Assembly (NCBI GenBank): GCA_004764695.1 | Contig: SMSO01000014.1 | Coordinates: 2,599,648-2,663,647, forward strand | Origin: Schizochytrium sp. TIO01 | Taxonomy: Eukaryota; Protista; Bigyra: Labyrinthulomycetes | Length of the DNA stretch: 64,000 bases | Reading direction: 5' to 3' | The notes under the pieces: generated by a model | Seen by the model: only the letters and a program-made list of their open reading frames with translations | Databases searched by the model: none | What the model was told of the DNA's origin: nothing | Position numbers and translations under genes: made by a program | Part shown: in pieces, positions 55,749 to 64,000 of the stretch | Position numbering within the stretch: the first letter of the stretch is position 1 | Layout of the letters: every line of letters starts with the position of its first letter

Positions 55749-58666
55749 GTCTTTCCGAGCACTGATTCTCGAAATATTTAGAAGGCTCGAGCTGTCTTAC
55801 TTTCGAGAGTCAGGACATTTGTAAAGAGGTTCGAGCTGTGTTTCTTGTGGGCTCTCTTTTGCAGCTCTGTGGAAATATGTTGTTGCCATAATTTCTCAAA
55901 TGTATTCAAGATGATTACTGGTGTGCCGTTTGTACGGCTCCCAGTTGTGGTCTTGCTAAGTGATACTTTTGAGGGCTTCTTGGGGCGTTCTCAAATTTTT
56001 GTTGTGGCCGCTCAGCGACCTAGCTTGACATCTTACTAATGGCATTTCAAAAGTTGGCGCTTCATTGCCGTCATTAATACTGGCATCATCTTTTATTCCG
56101 GCATGCGAACTCTTACTTAGGATTTTTAAAGGTAGAGTTCAAAGATCATATTTCCCAGGTTCTTCTTTTTTCCCGGGTCATGCTTTTGTCGCAATTCAAT
56201 GTCTTAGAGACCTACAAGCGACGAATTTATTGCCGTGTCTTTAAAATTATAACTTTGTTTGTTTTGTTCATTCATTTTCTGTTTTGATGAAATGAGCCAA
56301 GCAGTAAATTTGAGCACGCCTCAAAACCTAGTACGCGGGCCGGGCCCAGCTCTGTTCCCTTTGACGTGCAAGGTCCCAATTCTTCTGGCAGCGTCAACCC
56401 AGCTTGAAGACCAGCGGAGCTTTTCCAATGAGGGCGTGCTATAGCGGCATGTTTCGCACAAGAAGTCATTTGGTACCCGTGCCATTTCTCGCGATTTTCA
56501 TCTGCAAATTGTTCGCCGACTGCGTTATGTAGTTTCTTGACATGTATTTCACTTCTGGGTTGGGCCATTAATAAACATTTGGAAAACTCGAAACGGAGAG
56601 CAAAATAAATAAATCAATGAAAAACATCGAGAAGTCCAGACCCCTTGGTCTGTTTTAGCCATGAAGCTACCATGTAGCATATCGTCAAATACAGAACATC
56701 CAGAGATCAGAAGACCATTGCAGAACTACTGTTGCAATCTGAGGCGACTTTGAACGACTACAAAGCGAGTGAGTGTCCCTGCTGCCACGCTTCTGCCAGA
56801 ATTCGATTGCAGCGTGACAACTTATAATTGTTCCTTCGAAGTTATGATAGCTTGCGAAGTGGTAGAGGCTGGTTCATTGACTTGGACTTCATGATGGAAA
56901 CTAGGCCTAATTAGTAAAGTTTGTTGTCTTCCTTTCTGAGTACGTCAAGTATTTACCAGTAGGCAGCCCTAGGCCTAATTTTTCTGCACTTTGCTTCGAT
57001 GCAAGTTTGACTTTGGACTTATTTTTATTCCATCACCCTTATACATCAATACCAGGGAATACCTTTTGATTATGTGTGGCATAATAATTATCAGGAAGCG
57101 AACGCAGCCAAGCTCAAGATCGTCCTTCGAAAGCAGAGCCTGGGCACAGAGACTCTTCAGAGCTTGAAGATCAGACACATAGCATCACAAATCGCAGCTT
57201 TGATTTCCTCTAGCTCGCAAGCGTTGCGAAAGGTGTCCCTGCCAAACTATTCTTACCTTGGTATCGCGGAAACTTGGAGTTCTTCCACTCTTCAACCAGC
57301 GACTGAGATGTAAAGGAAACCATTCATTGTATTTGTGATTCAACATTGTTGTATATGCAATTGCATGGCCTGCGCTAGGCAAGTCCGATGCCACCGATGG
57401 ATGGAGATTATCAAAGACAACGACATGTGAAAGTTCAACGCTGACCCCATCCATCTTTGGCAAATGGATTGAATAGCCAGGTAGGGCTCCTGTACCTACC
57501 AACACCTGCCTACCTGAAAGCAATTCATTTTATACAAATCACGAAACTTTCAGATAGGTTGACGATCCTGATCGCTGCAACGCCGACTCAACTGTTAATT
57601 GTAGCTACCTCGCTAGCACCAAGGACGCAGAGCTTATGTTTCAAGTTCTCCGCTCAGGCGGCACTCGAATTTCCTCGAATTGCTCCATCACGACGAAGAC
57701 AAGCACAACGTAGAACATCATCCGCTCATAAAGGAATGAATGAAGAGTATGTATGTACTACAGATATGTAGGCAGTTCCTGAGGCAAACAACTTCTTCTT
57801 CACACAGAAGTTGGTTGCTCACCCAAACTTCATCGACACAGAAACACAATCTAGTCACGCCAAGAATGCTTGGCATAAGATGCCTCGGCAGTGAATCGTA
57901 ATGAATTTTCGAGGAGGAGGAGGAGGTTGAGGGGGATCGACTCGAACTCGAGCCTTCTATTCAAGAAGGAGGTCAAGGTCAGCTTTTAATACTTCATTCA
58001 AGTTAATTAATTAAGCATCAAGAGTAGACACTTTTGCTTACCGACGTGACTCTTCTTTTTTATAGTATTAATTACTGAAAAAATGAAAAGAAAAGATCTG
58101 TCACGGTAAGTAAAGAAAGGATAACTTTCACGATGGCCCAGGGAAAACAAATAATAGCTGCCAAAGGAGAGTTTCAACGCGATGCCACGAACACGCAGGC
58201 TTCATGATCTCCTCACTCAAATCCGTGAGCAAACCATTCGAAGGTGAAGAGGTTATATTTTGTAATTTCATTCTGCGCACTCACCATAAATACCATACCC
58301 AGGCAATAATTACTTTTTTAATTGATATACACATGATAATAAGACATCAATCGTCGCACTTTCTAAACTCCCATTATATATTCTATCAAAGTTGTAAACT
58401 CGCTCGAGCCCTTAATTTATCTGCACTGCCTCCACCGCTGCAGCGGTAAAGCCTAGCAAGCAAGCAGGAAAGCTGTCTAGCTAGCGGCTTAGGCCTTCAG
58501 CTTGACCACCTCCAAATTTGCAACCAAGCTTCAAGTTCTTCGTCTTGGTCCTCCATCTTGAGATTCTTCGCATCGTCTTGGTGCTTCACAATCATCGCTC
58601 CGACGCTTCGCTTCACACAGCTACCAGTTTCTATAGGACACCTCTAAGACACGGCGGCGTTCCCAC

Positions 58667-58745
58667 TCATTCATTCATTTTCATTCATTCATTCATTTAT
58701 TTATTTATTTATTTATTCATTCATTCATTTTCATTCATTCATTTG
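58667..58745. repeat. Compound (ATTC)/(ATTT) microsatellite
   Basis: Seen directly in the sequence. Confidence 0.85.
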
Positions 58746-60526
58746 TTTCTTTCTTTCTCGTTTGATTTAGGTTGATATGTTTATTTTTATGATTATTAGG
58801 TATATCATGTTATTTTTGCATATTATGTATTTATTTATCGTTTGTTATATTTGGCCTATCGATCAAAACTGTAAATTCACCGCGCATGAAGGGATAACGG
58901 GGCTTCGGTTGGGTGGTCAGCCGGTTGATTGGAGCAGATCATGCCCGGAAGGTCACGCAAAAGAGGGCTGCGAGCCACCTTTTGGCACAATGCTCACATA
59001 TCACGCAGGGTTTGACGGTGGATTAGGTTTGGATTAGCCACGATCTTCAGTTTCACCTCTGGTTTCTGTGCTCCTGAGAGACAAATACGACTGGGATATG
59101 GCAAGTTATTCCTATTATTTACTCTAACCGCACTTGTATCTTCCAGAGTTAAGTGAGCAGCAGCTATCCGTAGCGTAACATAACTAACTCCTAGCCGGCG
59201 GCCGGCGTACCTTCTTTACTTGTAGATAAATAAATGAACGAATAAATAAATAAATACAAAGCGTAGTTTAATAGCGTATTTTATTGGGACAGGCGGTATT
59301 TTAGGACGCGACAACGGTGTCTTTTAATCTATATAAGACAAAGTGGGGAGTTTGGGCGTCTTAAAATGAATGGGCAAAGGAATCAGTGGCGCCGCACCTC
59401 GTTCCGAATCAGGGCGAAGCGCAGCGCGGCGGCAGAGGCCTCGCGGAAGCCGCCGGTCCGGGCGCCCGCGGGGGTCCCAGGGGCGGCTCGGGAGGGCCTC
59501 CGGCGCCTCTCTCGGCGCCCGCGGCATCTCCATGCGCAGGGATCGCAGGTTTTGCGGTACGTGGAGGCTGCCTGCATTTGCCCAAAACCGTCGCAGCGCA
59601 GCGGATCCACTCCAAAGCGGAGGCTTGAAATCCCCCCCTCACATGGATTCCCCTGAGCGTGCTTGGGAAGGCGGGAAAGGGCGATCCGGTAGGGGTTAAT
59701 TAGGATGAGGTAGGGCCTGCGTTCGAGGGGAAATAAGGGAGAGAAAGAGAAAGAAAAAGAGAAAGAAAAAGAGGGACAGAAAGAAGAATGTTGAAAAGTT
59801 TTAGGCGCCTGTTTCCTTTCTTTTGCATGTAAAGCATTCGTCAATCGCTGTTTCCACCAATGGAAACAAAGTAGAAATGATTTGATGATGAATTGACAAG
59901 TTGGTGCTGTCGATCTGTCCGAATTCGTGGGGAGTGGCGCCGCTTCGAGAGCGACCCTTCGGACAGAGAACCGTGCCGGCTTTGGGGAGACGAGCGAACG
60001 CAATGAGTGAAATCCTTGAAATGAGCGAAATTTAGGAATGAATGAGTCCCTTGAGCTTTATTTCACGATTTACTTACTTACTTACTTACTTGCTTACTTA
60101 GTGTTATTGGTAACACTTTGCCTATTCCCCCCCCCCCTAGGAGCCCTTAGCCTTCACATAGAGACACATCCAATCAAGAGCGCGCATTAATTCTCTGATA
60201 CAAGCTATAAAATGGGCCCATATAAGCTTGTATTTGATGCGTAGCCCAAGCCATCGCCTTCTTTCTGTGCTCTACCCTCATAACCTAAACCGTAGAAGTT
60301 TTAGCAGTGGCCAAACTAAGACAAGAGCAGAATACGTAACTACGAAGGAGAAGGAAATCGAGGGGAAGAAGCGGTGGAGCGCAGAGAGGCTGCAAATGAC
60401 CTCTGTAGGCCCTGCATAGCTCTCCGGAGAGACCCCACTCGTTCCGCTGCGGCCTTGTGCGCTCCTTCTTCACGAGGCGCCTCTGTCTCTTTTTGCTGTT
60501 TCTCTGTGATTCTTCTCCGCTTTGCA

Positions 60527-60741
<215 letters not shown>

Positions 60742-62169
60742 TTATAATGCACTATTATTGTTGCTGATTTTGTCGTTATGTATGTATATCTGAATGGATG
60801 TTCTACTTTAGTTCTCGCAATCTCTGTTTGTTTCGCAGAGGTACGAAGTTATAGGGCACTTCTACTTTGTGTAATACTTTGCAAAAGAGAAAGAAAGCTG
60901 GTGCTGTTAAATTTAATATTTGAAAAAGAAAAGTAAAAGGGAAAAGAGCGCGTTGAAAGAATATTTGTTTTGTTTGTTTTGTTTGTTTAAAATAAGAATG
61001 CCCATATTACAGTATTTGTAGGCTCAAGCTAAAATTAATCTTTTCTTTCTCTCGGAAAAGAAAAAGAAAAAGGAAAAGACTGAGGAGTAGTATGGCGAAT
61101 GATAGCCGCCACTTGTTTGCTCGCGTGCACTATAGAGTATAGGTTTGCTCTATAGTATGGCTCTGGGTGCACTGTAGAGGTTAACCTTTTGCGCCACTGT
61201 GTATTTGCTAAATTCTGTAGTTGTATTTCTTCCTTTTCTTCTTCTTCTTCTTCTTCTTCTTCTCCTCCTCATTCTTCTTCGCTCTTCTCCGCTTCGCCGC
61301 CCGCGCAAAGACAAACTAGCTGCGCCGGACGCCGCCGCCAGCTGATCCGCAGCGAGCAGGACGCTGCCTCGGGACGCCCGCCGGAGCAGGAAGAGCGGCA
61401 GCTGTACCAGCCAGCGGTACAAGGGTGCTGCAATCGTTTGTTTTCAAACCTCGGTGGCAACCACGCTGATCAACCAAAGATCATCGTCGATAGATTCGAC
61501 CAGTGAGCGAGCTCCTGCGCTCGTAAAAATTCTCTGTGGAGCGCCTGCGAGTTGCGGCGGAGCAGCAACATCCTTGGGTCCCTCCAGGGCTCTATACGCA
61601 CGGACACGGAAGCTCTGATCGTCACCAAGAAGGTCGGTCGAAGGGAGGGAAGGGCTGGGACTAAGCAGAATAGGACTTGGAGGACTTTACACTCAACCCA
61701 AACTCCGGTAACTTCTCGCGAACTTGTGCTCCCGCCATAGACAGGGCCCAGACTTGCTGCCGAGACTGCTGTGCAACTGCCTTTCATTCATTGATTCCTC
61801 TTTTCGTATTCGTATTCGTAAGGAACGGGGCCCGTTGTAAATTTGTAGCAGGTCGATCTTGACACGTTTAGGATTTCTAGAGCGATAAGTTCCTGTGTCG
61901 CTGGCAACCTTCAAGCTCATCGGGTGTGTTTTGAAGACGTGTTAAGTCGTGCAAATACCTTGTGGCTTTGGCGCATCTGCCAAGATATGCTTGAGTGAAA
62001 GTGTTTTTGTTTTTTTCGATTCTTTATATTCGAAAAACAAAAACAAAAAACCTTCAAGGTCGCAGATCTTTGTGACTAAGAAGAGCTCAAGGACCTGAGT
62101 CGTACGCGCTAGAGCTCTTACATTTTGTTGAGGCTAGTTTAAAAACTGTGACTTGGAGAACGCCTGTGG

Positions 62170-64000
62170 ATGAGCGGCGGCACACAAATGTCCCAAGACA
62201 GTACTATCCCAGAAGACGCTCCCGCGCCGATTCCAGAAGAGACAAACTCTGCAGCTAATACTACACAAACAAATATGGACGCACCAAGAAGACCGTTGGA
62301 CAGCCGGCTTGTGTCATTTCATGATGCCGCACCAGAGGGGCTCACTGGCCCCGATGGAAACCCGCCTACACTTGCAGCTCTTGCAGTGGCAGAGACCGCT
62401 GTGAAGGTGGCCTCCACCAACCACTTCACTACAACGGCAAACTCATTTGAGAATCATAGCGCGAGCAACCTTGGTGCTGCCAACGCAAGTGACGCAACCA
62501 CTGCAAACTCAACAGCGTACTCTGGAGCTCCTGACTCCGCAAAAGCGTCTGAGCGCGCAAGAAAGCCGCCAGACAACGAAGGGCTCGGGGGACCTGACGA
62601 TGACGATGATAACGAAAATGAAACTATCAATAACAAACGCAAAAATAAGATTGTGGACAAGTCACCCACAGGGCGCTATGTTCGATTCAACGACCTTTTG
62701 GGCGAGGGCGCCTTCAAGAAGGTTTATCGAGCATACGATACTACGCAGGGTGTTGAAGTCGCGTGGAACCAAGTCAAGGTCAGTCGAATGTCTCCAGCTG
62801 CAAGGCAGCGTGTGGTACAAGAGATGAAAATTCTTCAAGAGCTTGACCACCCCAGCATCATTCACTTCTTCAGCTCCTTTCTTAATAAGGATGCAGAAGC
62901 TGTTGTCTTCATCACGGAGATGATGGCTTCAGGTACTTTGAAAGAGTTTATACAGAACCGCCCTGTGCTTTTGCGCATTGTCAAGCGCTGGTGTAGGCAT
63001 ATCTTGCACGCTTTAATCTATCTGCATGACCACGACCCGCCCATCATCCACCGTGATCTCAAATGTGACAATATTTTCATCAATGGATCCACAGGTGATA
63101 TTCGTATTGGCGATCTCGGACTGGCATCGTGGCAGCGCCAAGGTGCTGCTAGAACTGTCCTTGGAACCCCAGAGTATATGGCTCCGGAAATGTTCGAGGA
63201 ACTATATGATGAGCAGGTTGATATCTACGCTTTTGGTATGTGCGTGCTGGAAATGATCACCAAGGAAACACCTTTTATGGAGTGTCAAAGCGCCCCGCAA
63301 ATTTATAAAAAGGTGATTGCAGGAATCACACCGGCATGTTTTGATCGTGTTATTGAAGGACCTGCAAAAGACTTCATCTTTCAGTGCATCAAGATGCGGC
63401 CCGCGGGTGAGAGGAGACCGAGCGCCCAGGAGCTTCGCAAGGACCCATTCCTGCAAAAACGAGATGATCCTGCTGATGATATCGATTGCCAAGAGCTTCT
63501 AAAGTCTGACGTTGCACCTACGGATAAGCGCTCTGACTCTCTCGGATCACTGCCACGGGGAACTGCTGAGCTACCCATGCCTCCCACACAGGAGTATTCC
63601 AGGTCTCGCTCTCGCCGCGACTCCAGCCCTGTGCACCCACGCAATACTGAAGAGCCTCCATCGTCTGCTGGTTACGGTGAGGAACCACGATCCACCAAGT
63701 CGATGATGTCTGCAAAATCTACCGGATCTCCAACAGAAACTGAAGAGGATCGCAGCGAGACGAGCGGCATGAAGCTCTCGTCGGTGCGCGAATCTTCAAA
63801 CACTCATCAAAAGGCACCCTTGTCACCAAAGAGTGACACGGAAGTTCACGAATTTCCAATGACAGCTTCACCAAATCTAGGGCCAAGCGCTGTCTTTGAT
63901 GACAATGCATCGGTTGGGGCTGTTTCTCTCCCCCCACCCTCTACATCGCCAGTTCCTAATGGATCATCTTCAGTCCACAGCACAGACACTGCTCCTCCCT
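62170..64000 (+). CDS. WNK (with-no-lysine) family kinase, 3' partial; absent from the ORF track because it runs off the window
   Basis: ATG at 62170, open to the window end. SPTGRYVRF..LGEGAFKKVYRAYD..GVEVAWNQ (catalytic Lys in the Gly loop), FITEMMASGTLKEF, IIHRDLKCDNIFING..IGDLGLA, GTPEYMAPE. Confidence 0.93.
   Translation, partial: MSGGTQMSQDSTIPEDAPAPIPEETNSAANTTQTNMDAPRRPLDSRLVSFHDAAPEGLTGPDGNPPTLAALAVAETAVKVASTNHFTTTANSFENHSASNLGAANASDATTANSTAYSGAPDSAKASERARKPPDNEGLGGPDDDDDNENETINNKRKNKIVDKSPTGRYVRFNDLLGEGAFKKVYRAYDTTQGVEVAWNQVKVSRMSPAARQRVVQEMKILQELDHPSIIHFFSSFLNKDAEAVVFITEMMASGTLKEFIQNRPVLLRIVKRWCRHILHALIYLHDHDPPIIHRDLKCDNIFINGSTGDIRIGDLGLASWQRQGAARTVLGTPEYMAPEMFEELYDEQVDIYAFGMCVLEMITKETPFMECQSAPQIYKKVIAGITPACFDRVIEGPAKDFIFQCIKMRPAGERRPSAQELRKDPFLQKRDDPADDIDCQELLKSDVAPTDKRSDSLGSLPRGTAELPMPPTQEYSRSRSRRDSSPVHPRNTEEPPSSAGYGEEPRSTKSMMSAKSTGSPTETEEDRSETSGMKLSSVRESSNTHQKAPLSPKSDTEVHEFPMTASPNLGPSAVFDDNASVGAVSLPPPSTSPVPNGSSSVHSTDTAPP

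Noticed and set aside
56600-57500. Coding-like fragments between the LRR gene and WNK
   Set aside because: Short, interrupted and without a recognisable family; cannot support a gene call.
62447-63937. Small ORFs listed in the track over the last 1.5 kb
   Set aside because: All overlap the real WNK kinase frame starting at 62170.

Overview
Eukaryotic nuclear DNA. Spliceosomal GT-AG introns, mostly intronless genes, long (TTTG)n/(GATT)n/(ATTC)n microsatellites and the gene content suggest a non-photosynthetic stramenopile, probably a thraustochytrid/labyrinthulomycete (inference). The first ~27 kb is gene-dense: a Mal d 1-associated-protein-like gene, DBP9/DDX56, a 734-aa unknown, spliced transaldolase, a mitochondrial-type HCF101 with a one-base frameshift, PEN-2, a Cys-rich type I membrane protein, a Par3/HAL-N-domain-like protein, a RIM15/IRE/Greatwall-type kinase and PSTK. 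From ~27 to 54 kb lies a gene-poor accessory island. It holds three intronless, secreted, bacterial-like formylglycine sulfatases, a relic of a fourth, and a Golgi-type sulfotransferase-like gene. It also holds a degenerate eukaryotic IS607 element (serine recombinase TnpA plus a Fanzor2/TnpB RNA-guided nuclease, with a structured putative omega-RNA at its right end) and an inverted partial second copy; the two copies flank a tRNA-Ile(AAT) gene. The window ends with a 3-exon LRRC57-like gene and a WNK kinase running off the end. The strongest candidate systems are the tRNA-flanking IS607/Fanzor2 pair and the sulfatase-sulfotransferase cluster. All family calls are from motif recognition by eye; no searches were run.
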